This document shows positions 21,375 through 30,752 of a DNA stretch of 64,000 nucleotides, in pieces. The translations under genes and the position numbers were made by a program. Origin of the DNA: Acidobacteriota bacterium (lineage in GTDB: Bacteria; Acidobacteriota; Blastocatellia; Pyrinomonadales; Pyrinomonadaceae); assembly GCA_016713675.1 (NCBI GenBank), contig JADJOS010000005.1:144018-208017 (forward strand). Direction: 5' to 3'. Each line of letters starts with the position of its first letter. The first letter of the stretch is position 1. The notes below the pieces were generated by a model that had not been told where the DNA came from, ran no database searches, and worked only from the letters and a program-made list of their open reading frames with translations.

Positions 21375-23318
21375 ATGCTATTTAGACTTTCAGATGTGTG
21401 GAAATCGTACGGCGGGACCGAGATACTAAAAGGTGTCTCGTTTCAGGTCAACCCGAACGAAAAGGTCGGTCTCGTCGGCCGCAATGGCGCCGGGAAGACC
21501 ACGGTATTTCGCATAATCACGCAGCAAGAGGCTCCTGATGATGGTGACGTGATCAAAATGAACGGCCTCAAATTGGGCCTCCTTGATCAGCACGTCGATT
21601 TTGGCGAGGCTGAGACAGTTCACACTGCAGCACTTTCAGCGTTCAAAGAGATACACGACATGGAGGCCGAAATGCGGCGGCTCGAAAAAGAGATGGAAAC
21701 GGATCACTCCGAAGCTATTCTCGACCGATATGCCGATCTCCAAACCGCATTTGAGCACGCCGACGGATTTTCGTATGCTGCGAAGGCCGAATCTGTTCTG
21801 CTCGGAATGGGCTTCGCGCCCGAATCGTGGGGCGACGATGTGCGAACGCTTTCCGGCGGACAAAAGAACCGGCTTGGCATGGTGCGTTTGCTGCTTTCCG
21901 GTTCGGACGTTCTGCTGCTCGATGAGCCGACGAATCATTTGGACGTCGATGCTGTCGAATGGCTCGAAGAGTTTCTAAAAACATACGATAAAAGCTATGT
22001 CGTAATTAGCCACGACCGCTATTTCCTTGATCGCACGACCAACCGTGTGATCGAGATCGATCGCGGTCAGGCGGTAACGTACAAAGGTAATTATTCAAAA
22101 TATCTCGAAGAACGCGAACTTCGTAGAGAGCAGCAGATCCGCGAATACGAAAATCAGCAGCAGCTGATCAACAAAACGCAGGAATTCATCCGCCGCAATC
22201 TCGAAGGCCAAAAGACCAAACAGGCAAAATCACGCCGTACGCTCCTTGCCAAAATGGAACGTATCGAAGCAGTTACAAGCGAAAGATCGGGCGGCAATTT
22301 TGGCCTCAGGCAGGTGCAGCGAACCGGCAACAACGTGCTGACCGCCGAAGATCTGGCGATCGGTTATGGCGACAAGGTTCTCGCCCGAGATATCAAATTC
22401 TCACTTCATCGAGGCGACGCGCTCGGCATTATTGGCGGCAATGGTACTGGAAAGACGACGCTCGTGAAAACGATCCTCGGCAACATTCGTGAACTCGACG
22501 GCAAGATACACTGGGGCACAAAGGTAAACATCGGCTATTACTCGCAGAATCTTGAGGGCCTCGAACCGCGAAATGAGGTGATCCAGGAGCTCCGACGCGT
22601 AGCCCCAACTGCCGATAACGGCACACTCCGCGGTTTTCTCGCCAAATTCCTTTTCATGGGCGAAGATGTTTTCAAGCCCGTTTCAGCCCTTTCGGGAGGC
22701 GAAAAGGGTAGGCTCGCCCTTGCTAAGCTGATCTATTCGCAAAAGAACGTGCTGGTGCTCGATGAGCCTACCAACCATCTCGATATCCCATCACGCGAGT
22801 CGCTCGAAAATGCGCTCGAGGAATACGACGGAACGATCATCACGGTCAGCCACGACCGCTTTTTCCTCGACAAGATAGCGAGCCAAATGCTGTCATTCGA
22901 ACCCGACGGCACGGTACTTAGTTTTGACGGCAACTACACCGAATTTCACGACTGGAAATTGTCAGAACCACCTGCAGCAGCGGGTGGTCTTCTACACAGA
23001 TCCGTGGCCAACTTAGAGCCGCAGGCAAAAATAACGGTGGCATCGTCCGGCATCGAGCAAGCAAATGCCAACGATAAACCGGCATCGACTCTGTCAAAGA
23101 ATCAGATCAACCAGCTCGAAAAACGTATCAAAAAGATCGAATCCGATCTCCCTGAACTCGAAGACGAGGCCGCAAAACTAGCTGCAGAAATGGCCGATCC
23201 AAAGGTCGCATCGGATTATGCCCGTCTCGCCGAAGTCACACAAAAGCTCACCGAAACAGAAGCAAAGATCAAGGATCTCTACTCCGAATGGGAATCTGCC
23301 GCTGAACAGTTGTCGTAA
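21375..23318 (+). CDS. ABC-F family ATPase (two ABC domains, no TM domain)
   Basis: It has Walker A GRNGAGKTT and GGNGTGKTT, the signatures LSGGQKNR and LSGGEKGR, a charged inter-domain linker and a C-terminal coiled coil. The ATG at 21375 (MLFRLSDVWKSYGG) is preferred. Confidence 0.9.
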   Translation: MLFRLSDVWKSYGGTEILKGVSFQVNPNEKVGLVGRNGAGKTTVFRIITQQEAPDDGDVIKMNGLKLGLLDQHVDFGEAETVHTAALSAFKEIHDMEAEMRRLEKEMETDHSEAILDRYADLQTAFEHADGFSYAAKAESVLLGMGFAPESWGDDVRTLSGGQKNRLGMVRLLLSGSDVLLLDEPTNHLDVDAVEWLEEFLKTYDKSYVVISHDRYFLDRTTNRVIEIDRGQAVTYKGNYSKYLEERELRREQQIREYENQQQLINKTQEFIRRNLEGQKTKQAKSRRTLLAKMERIEAVTSERSGGNFGLRQVQRTGNNVLTAEDLAIGYGDKVLARDIKFSLHRGDALGIIGGNGTGKTTLVKTILGNIRELDGKIHWGTKVNIGYYSQNLEGLEPRNEVIQELRRVAPTADNGTLRGFLAKFLFMGEDVFKPVSALSGGEKGRLALAKLIYSQKNVLVLDEPTNHLDIPSRESLENALEEYDGTIITVSHDRFFLDKIASQMLSFEPDGTVLSFDGNYTEFHDWKLSEPPAAAGGLLHRSVANLEPQAKITVASSGIEQANANDKPASTLSKNQINQLEKRIKKIESDLPELEDEAAKLAAEMADPKVASDYARLAEVTQKLTETEAKIKDLYSEWESAAEQLS

Positions 23319-23366
23319 CAGAATTATGCTTGCAAAGGCGTTTTTCTCAATGATACATTTTGTTCA

Positions 23367-23717
23367 ATGGATCGAATTGAAAAATATGTCGACGCCGAGA
23401 TCCTCGAAGCCGACCGTAAGATCGCGATCGGCGATCTCTCTTCCGCGTTTCGTCACCTGGAACGTGCCCACGTGCTTGGCCAAGCAAGCACATATCATCA
23501 CACGCGTGTTCACTGGCGGATGTTTAGGCTTGCGTTAATGATGCATTCTGCACTCGAGATCTGGGGGCAATTCATACGGATCATCGGTGCTGCGACCAAG
23601 ACACCGCTGGGAATTTACCCGACAGGCAACACGGGCGGAGCTAACGTTTGGTTCTTCAAACCGATGCCCGTACCTGACGACTTGCAGGAGATCCTCAATC
23701 AAGCGAAAATAAAATGA
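23367..23717 (+). CDS. DUF3703-like small helical protein
   Basis: The motif HLERAHVLGQ....HTRVHWRM......D..E..GQ..R matches my recollection of DUF3703. Not verified by search. Confidence 0.5.
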   Translation: MDRIEKYVDAEILEADRKIAIGDLSSAFRHLERAHVLGQASTYHHTRVHWRMFRLALMMHSALEIWGQFIRIIGAATKTPLGIYPTGNTGGANVWFFKPMPVPDDLQEILNQAKIK

Positions 23718-23718
23718 A

Positions 23719-24042
23719 GTGAAAGTTCTTTGTTTCAGCTTTATCGTCTATCTCCTGCTCCTCATGACACAGCCGTGTCAGGACTTGCTTGCAATGGAGA
23801 ATGATTGCACTGATAGTAGGACAGAGATCACTAGCATTCAGCCAACAAGTGACAGGCACTCTGACGATTGCTCCCCATTCTGTCTTTGTCCATGCTGTAG
23901 CCTGTCGGTTGCTGATCATTCTTTCCGGACATTTGCTTCAAGCGATGTTGAAAGTAAAGCGATTCCAACGAACGTCATCGAGTATGCAAACCCATACTCA
24001 AAAGCCCACCAAAACTCCATTTGGCAGCCGCCAAAAGCTTAA
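23719..24042 (+). CDS. Cys-rich exported mini-protein (DUF6660-like, from memory)
   Basis: GTG start 2 nt after the preceding stop. It has an N-terminal hydrophobic segment ending in PCQD, a central DDCSPFCLCPCCS motif and a C-terminal WQPPKA. Proteins of this architecture sit next to TonB-dependent receptors in Bacteroidetes, as far as I recall. Confidence 0.5.
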   Translation: MKVLCFSFIVYLLLLMTQPCQDLLAMENDCTDSRTEITSIQPTSDRHSDDCSPFCLCPCCSLSVADHSFRTFASSDVESKAIPTNVIEYANPYSKAHQNSIWQPPKA

Positions 24043-24116
24043 CTGCCCCGCACCACTGCGCCCGCTTTTCGTCACCATTTTGTAAAGGTGACATGGTTCG
24101 AGTTAGAGCTAAGGTT

Positions 24117-26297
24117 ATGGAGTTTATGAGAAGAGCAATTATATTTCTCGTCGTCGTTCTGACAGCCAACACCGTGTTGGCGCAAAGCGCAACTACGGTC
24201 ACGATCATTGTAAAGAACAGAGATACAAAGGCGAATATCGCCGAAGCGACAGTTCGCCTAAAGGGCACCGAGGTGTCTGCGGTCACTGATATAAACGGTA
24301 GGGCGGAGCTTAGGATCGCAGCTGATGGTGACCAAACTATCGAGATATTCTCACCCGGATTCGAAACGTTGGAACTCAAACTTACTTACCCGCTGACCGA
24401 TCCGTCCGAACGAGTCGCATTCCTTGAGATCAACAATGAAGTTGGCGAGGTGACGATAACCTCGACTCGAACCGGCCGCGAGATCGAATCGGAACCTTCA
24501 CGTGTCGAGGCGATCGACGAAGAAGAGATAGATGAAAAGATCAATATGCGGCCCGCGAATGTCTCGATGGTCTTACATGAGAGCACTGGCATTCAGGTGC
24601 AGCAGACATCGGCAACATCGAATACACAAAGTGTTCGGATCCAGGGCCTTTATGGCCGTTATACTCAGATCTTAAAGGACGGTTTTCCGGCATTTGGCGG
24701 CTTTTCCGGCAGTCTTAGCATTCTTGAAATACCACCTCTCGATCTTAAACAGGTCGAGGTTGTAAAGGGTCCTGCCGCGACTCTGTTCGGCGGTGACGCG
24801 ATCGCCGGAGTCGTCAATTTTGTCACGAAAGACCCCACGGACGAGCCTGTGACTACGCTGATCCTGAATCAAACGTCGGCATACGGCACTGACTTTTCGG
24901 TTTTCAATTCACGCAAATACTCGCGGTTCGGCTATACGCTCCACGGCTCTACAAATTATCAACGACCGTATGACGTTGATGACGACGATTTTACGGAGTT
25001 GCCGCAAACTACGGCTTTCGGTTTCCGCCCAAAGTTGCTCTTCTATATCGATCAGAAAACTACTTTAACGGTTGGCAACTCGATGTCCTATCAAAACCGC
25101 AAGGGGGGGGACACTTTTGTGCTAAATGGCAACGCTACGGCGTTTCATCAGTATTTCGAACAAAATCGATCCTTTCGAAACATCACGTCGTTCAATCTCA
25201 ACCGCGAATTCGCAACCGGCGGACGATTGTTTGCAAAACAAAGTCTTGCGTTCTTCGATCGCGAACTGACGACGCAAAGTTACGTATTCAAGGGAAGCCA
25301 GTTCAATTCATTTACTGATATATCTTATGCACAGGCATTTGGTAGGCATGCAGTCGTTTTTGGCGGAAGTGTTGTCTACGATCAGTTTCGGGAAAAGACG
25401 ACGAACGGTATCGATCCTCGCGATGAAACTCGATCGACTGTCGGAGTATTTGTTCAAGACACAGTCGACCTAACCGACAGATTTTCGCTCGAAGCCGGGT
25501 TTCGACTCGACTATTCCAAGGATCATGGCGTTTTCGCTTTACCCCGAGTCTCACTACTCTATCGGTTCAGCGAACATTTGACCACTCGCGTCGGATTCGG
25601 CCTAGGATACAAGACGCCAACAATGTTCACTGAAGACGCCGAGACACTTTTGTTCAGAAATGTGTCACCTGTTGACGAACTTCTAAAAGCAGAACGAAGC
25701 AAAGGCGGGACGTTTGATGTTAATTACAAGGATAGTATCGGCGAGAACTTTACCTATTCCCTCAACCAGATGTTCTTTTACACAGAAATAACCGATCCGA
25801 TCATCCTGAGGCCCGATACCAATAACATCTTTCGGTTTAGCAACGCCCCGTCACTTGTGATCAGCAAAGGTTTTGAGACGAACGCACGGGTCGGCTACTC
25901 GATCACGAAGCTCTTCTTCGGCTATACTTTCACCGACGCGAAGGCCGGATTCCTCACTGGTGACCACACACTGACTTTGTTGCCGAGACATAGGGTCAAC
26001 TCATCGCTCGTTTTCGAAAAACACGAGAGCTTTAAGGCCGGAGTTGAGTTTTACTATGGAAGCCGGCAGACACTCGATGACCGTTCGCTGACGCGATCAA
26101 CTGCTGAGTTAGGATTGTTTGGCGAGAAGAGCTTCGGCAAGTTCAGTCTGTTTATCAATGCCGAGAACCTGACCGATGTCCGTCAGGGACGTTATGGTCG
26201 GGTTGTTCTCGGAACGCATCAGAATCCGACATTCGCTGAACTCTATACACATACCGAGGGTCGTATTTTTAACGGCGGAATTAAGATAAGATTGTAA
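24117..26297 (+). CDS. TonB-dependent outer-membrane receptor with an N-terminal carboxypeptidase-regulatory-like domain
   Basis: The signal peptide starts from the ATG at 24117 (MEFMRRAIIFLVVVLTANTVLAQ). It has a CarboxypepD_reg-like beta-sandwich, a plug (IQGLYGRYTQILKDG.P) and a barrel ending in an aromatic-rich terminal strand (GGIKIRL). Confidence 0.9.
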   Translation: MEFMRRAIIFLVVVLTANTVLAQSATTVTIIVKNRDTKANIAEATVRLKGTEVSAVTDINGRAELRIAADGDQTIEIFSPGFETLELKLTYPLTDPSERVAFLEINNEVGEVTITSTRTGREIESEPSRVEAIDEEEIDEKINMRPANVSMVLHESTGIQVQQTSATSNTQSVRIQGLYGRYTQILKDGFPAFGGFSGSLSILEIPPLDLKQVEVVKGPAATLFGGDAIAGVVNFVTKDPTDEPVTTLILNQTSAYGTDFSVFNSRKYSRFGYTLHGSTNYQRPYDVDDDDFTELPQTTAFGFRPKLLFYIDQKTTLTVGNSMSYQNRKGGDTFVLNGNATAFHQYFEQNRSFRNITSFNLNREFATGGRLFAKQSLAFFDRELTTQSYVFKGSQFNSFTDISYAQAFGRHAVVFGGSVVYDQFREKTTNGIDPRDETRSTVGVFVQDTVDLTDRFSLEAGFRLDYSKDHGVFALPRVSLLYRFSEHLTTRVGFGLGYKTPTMFTEDAETLLFRNVSPVDELLKAERSKGGTFDVNYKDSIGENFTYSLNQMFFYTEITDPIILRPDTNNIFRFSNAPSLVISKGFETNARVGYSITKLFFGYTFTDAKAGFLTGDHTLTLLPRHRVNSSLVFEKHESFKAGVEFYYGSRQTLDDRSLTRSTAELGLFGEKSFGKFSLFINAENLTDVRQGRYGRVVLGTHQNPTFAELYTHTEGRIFNGGIKIRL

Positions 26298-26319
26298 TAC
26301 GTTGGATCGAGTAGAGAAT

Positions 26320-26742
26320 ATGTCAATAAATGGAATAGCCAGCCTGCTGCCCTATATCGCTTGGATAATCGTGCTGTTGTCTATCGCCGGCAGCTTGTTT
26401 TTCAGTGAAGTGATGCAGCTGCCGCCATGCGTCTTGTGTTGGGTTCAGCGGATCGCGATGTATCCGCTGCTGCTGATCATCGGTGCGGGAATAATCACTC
26501 GTGACGCAAAGATGAAGATCTACGCCTTGCCGCTGTGTCTCTCCGGGTTGGCCGTTGCCATTTATCACAATCTGCTCTACTACGGAATTATCCCCGAGAC
26601 GATCGCGCCATGTTCAGAAGGCGTTCCTTGCAACGCCGTGCAGATCGAGCTTCTCGGCTTTATTACGATACCGTTGATGGGGCTCGCGGCTTTCGCCACG
26701 ATAGCGCTTTGTTTGATATTTTATAAACCAAAGGAAAATTAA
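26320..26742 (+). CDS. disulfide bond formation protein B (BdbC/DsbB family)
   Basis: It has four TM segments, the first-loop CxxC (PPCVLCWVQR) and a second Cys pair (APCSEGVPC). The ATG at 26320 is preferred over the TTG at 26302. Confidence 0.8.
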   Translation: MSINGIASLLPYIAWIIVLLSIAGSLFFSEVMQLPPCVLCWVQRIAMYPLLLIIGAGIITRDAKMKIYALPLCLSGLAVAIYHNLLYYGIIPETIAPCSEGVPCNAVQIELLGFITIPLMGLAAFATIALCLIFYKPKEN

Positions 26743-26744
26743 TT

Positions 26745-27437
26745 ATGCGTAAAGAGATCATTATATTAGGGGCGATAATCGCCCTTGTCGTTGTCGGGGC
26801 TGTGATCGGTTCAAACTATTATCGTAGTTCCGTTCAAAAAGAATCGGTCGTCGGTAACAGCAATTCCGGTGGAAAGCCAAAGATCGCTCCAGAACAGCTG
26901 GTTCGGCCCGACAGCCCGTCATTAGGGCCCGCGGACGCGAAAGTAACACTAGTTGAGTTTTACGATCCCGAATGCGAATCATGTGCGTCGTTTGCACCGG
27001 TCGTCAAAAAGATCCTCAAAGAATACGAAGGCAAGATTCGTTTCGTGACGAGATACATGCCGCTCCATCCAAACTCCTTGACAGCCGCGAACTTCACCGA
27101 GGCCGCAGGCGAGCAAGGCAAGTATTGGGAAGCCCAGGACATTCTATTCAGAAAACAGCCTGAATGGGGAACAAAACACGGCCCGCCGACCGCTGCTCCG
27201 CTGCCCAATATCAACGAGTTGTTCGACAAATACGCCAAGGAACTCGGCCTCGATATGGAAAAAGCGTCGGCCGCGATCAAGTCAAAGAAATTCGACGCGA
27301 AGATCGAGCAGGACCGAAAAGACGGCCAGGCCATCGGCGTCCGACGGACCCCTACATTTTTCGTCAACGGCCGAGAACTTGCTACCTTCGGCGAATCATA
27401 TTTACGTGCTCTGATCGAAGAGGAAATGAAAAAGTAG
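26745..27437 (+). CDS. DsbA/BdbD-like thiol:disulfide oxidoreductase, membrane-anchored
   Basis: It has an N-terminal TM anchor and a thioredoxin fold with FYDPECESCASF (CxxC). It starts 2 nt after the dsbB-like stop. Confidence 0.85.
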   Translation: MRKEIIILGAIIALVVVGAVIGSNYYRSSVQKESVVGNSNSGGKPKIAPEQLVRPDSPSLGPADAKVTLVEFYDPECESCASFAPVVKKILKEYEGKIRFVTRYMPLHPNSLTAANFTEAAGEQGKYWEAQDILFRKQPEWGTKHGPPTAAPLPNINELFDKYAKELGLDMEKASAAIKSKKFDAKIEQDRKDGQAIGVRRTPTFFVNGRELATFGESYLRALIEEEMKK

Positions 27438-27454
27438 TTAACCACGAAAAAAAG

Positions 27455-27495
27455 GAAAAGACGCAAAAAGGAGAATCTCTTTTTTGCGTCTTTTC
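27455..27495. terminator. bidirectional terminator between the dsbA-like gene and guaB
   Basis: gaaaagacgcaaaaag pairs with cttttttgcgtcttttc (one bulged T). It is flanked by an A-run and a T-run and lies between convergent genes. Confidence 0.6.
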
Positions 27496-27518
27496 TCGTT
27501 TCTCGCGGTCATATCTTC

Positions 27519-28994
<1,476 letters not shown>

Positions 28995-29062
28995 TTATAA
29001 ACAAAAATGCCCGCAAAATGCTTGCGGACATTCACAATTATGAGCTTTCCTACAGACACTGA

Positions 29063-30073
29063 TCAATTCGGCCCGTTCGCTGCCGGTTTGGCAGTGGTAG
29101 GAGCAGCCCTCGGCGTTGCGGCCGGCTTTGGATCGGGTGTTTTTGCAGGCGAAGTCGCCGTGTTTGCGGCCGTTGTAGGCTTCGGTGCAGGAGTAGGCTT
29201 TACAACGGTTAGGCCGGTTGCGGCCGGAGGCGTCGTGCTTGTATTCGTTTCGGTTGTTGTCGCCGGCGGAACCTCATTCGAGATCGAACCGCTGGTCCAC
29301 ACCGTAGCGATATTTTCTTTCGATATTGTGAAATTGATCCGGTCTTTGTCAGCAGGAGTAAGCGGAGCACTCGGCAACGCGATCGTCTTTCCGTTTATTG
29401 TTAGCTGAACAACGGACGAATTCCAACGGTTATAGTTCAGCGTTATGCTTTCTTTTGGTTCGAACAGCTTCGATGAACCGGCCGCGACGACATTGTCGCT
29501 CTTTTCGCCATCGACCGTTGAAAGCAGCCGAACGGGTTGGCTGGTCGTCTTGAATTCGATCTTCAGTGTCGCCATTTCAGGCACTGTGGCGTCAGAAGTT
29601 GTCCCGGCCACAGCCGAATTCGAATTTGTACCCGTGTTAGAGGAATTGGCGTTTGCGGCTTTCGGCGGATCTGCGGGTGAATTCAAATAATCGAGTCCGA
29701 AGAGAATGCCTGCAGTCATCAGCCCAAGGATCAAAGCGGCGATAATGATAGTTGGGATCATTGATCTCGCGGAACTATCGTCCGTGAGCACCTCAGGCTT
29801 ATAGACCTTTAGATCTGCTTCATCACTGCCTTCCTTTGCTGCAATTGCCCGGGAATAATCGGCAAGAGCCTCTTGTTCATCGACCCCAACATATTTGGCA
29901 AATGATTTGACAAAGCCTTTGTTGAATATACCGCCGGGAAGCGGTTTATAATCGTCACGTTCGATCGACTCGATGTAGTGAGGTGAAATACGGGTTTGCT
30001 CCGCGACTTCACTTAAGGAAATACCGCGTTCTTCGCGGGCTTCCCGCAACTTTTCGCCTAGAGTTTGTGACAT
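29063..30073 (-). CDS. rodZ: RodZ-like cytoskeleton protein (HTH + TM + DUF4115-type C-terminal domain)
   Basis: It has an N-terminal XRE-type HTH (LGEKLREAREERGISLSEVAEQTRISPHYIESIE), a single TM segment, a low-complexity linker, a C-terminal beta domain and a Pro/Ala/Thr-rich tail. Confidence 0.75.
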   Translation of the reverse strand: MSQTLGEKLREAREERGISLSEVAEQTRISPHYIESIERDDYKPLPGGIFNKGFVKSFAKYVGVDEQEALADYSRAIAAKEGSDEADLKVYKPEVLTDDSSARSMIPTIIIAALILGLMTAGILFGLDYLNSPADPPKAANANSSNTGTNSNSAVAGTTSDATVPEMATLKIEFKTTSQPVRLLSTVDGEKSDNVVAAGSSKLFEPKESITLNYNRWNSSVVQLTINGKTIALPSAPLTPADKDRINFTISKENIATVWTSGSISNEVPPATTTETNTSTTPPAATGLTVVKPTPAPKPTTAANTATSPAKTPDPKPAATPRAAPTTAKPAANGPN

Positions 30074-30264
30074 TTTCGACGTGTGTGAACTAGTGACCCG
30101 AACAACGTTCTTAAGTGTGAAATATATCGTTGTTTAACACATTCTGTCAATCGAATCATTTCGGTTTTATCACGAGAGAGTGGCTTGATTATTGACTACT
30201 CGCGTGTTACGTTTAGGCTTTGTCACGAAATCCATCTGCTAGTTAGAAAAGTGAGGAATTATCA

Positions 30265-30660
30265 ATGAGTTTAGAAGCGCTCGGAATGATCGAGACCAAG
30301 GGCTTTATCGGTGGTGTCGAAGCTGCTGATGCTATGGTCAAGGCAGCCAATGTACAGCTTGTCGGCAAAGAGTATATTGGGGCCGGATACATGACCATCT
30401 TTGTTCGCGGAGACGTCGGAGCCGTCAAAGCAGCTACTGATGCAGGAGCAGCAGCAGCTCGCCGTGTTGGCGAACTTATCAGTGTCCACGTCATACCGCG
30501 TCCGCACGGTGAGGTCGAACGAATCTTGCCGAAAGGCGGGACTGTCGGCGTGAGTCCTGACGAAAAAGCTCTGCAGGGCGGCGAAAGACAGCTTAGCTCC
30601 GGCGGTGCCGGATCATCGTCAGCTATCTCTAACGAGGGCACCAAGTCCAAGACAAAATAG
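30265..30660 (+). CDS. bacterial microcompartment shell protein, BMC-H (PF00936 type) with a ~40-aa Gly/Ser-rich C-terminal tail
   Basis: The protein reads [31 protein letters not shown]...[33 protein letters not shown]. The SD gagga lies upstream. Confidence 0.9.
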   Translation: MSLEALGMIETKGFIGGVEAADAMVKAANVQLVGKEYIGAGYMTIFVRGDVGAVKAATDAGAAAARRVGELISVHVIPRPHGEVERILPKGGTVGVSPDEKALQGGERQLSSGGAGSSSAISNEGTKSKTK

Positions 30661-30752
30661 CGTAAGATCGACTCGGGGATAACGGGACGCTGAAATGCAG
30701 GGACCCAAGTTCCTGCTGACTCACGTCTTGGCCTCTCCCGATTTTTTAGCGT

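Noticed and set aside
29007-29408. A 133-aa plus-strand ORF (Gly/Ala/Val-rich) opposite the rodZ-like gene. The 209-aa minus-strand ORF at 30243-30872 opposite the first BMC-H gene is a similar case.
   Set aside because: Both are antisense to genes with clear domain signatures and are low-complexity mirror frames.
30185-30215. A possible promoter (TTGACT-N16-TAGGCT) upstream of the first BMC-H gene.
   Set aside because: The -10 is weak and there are several equally poor alternatives nearby. The support is not strong enough to list it as a feature.
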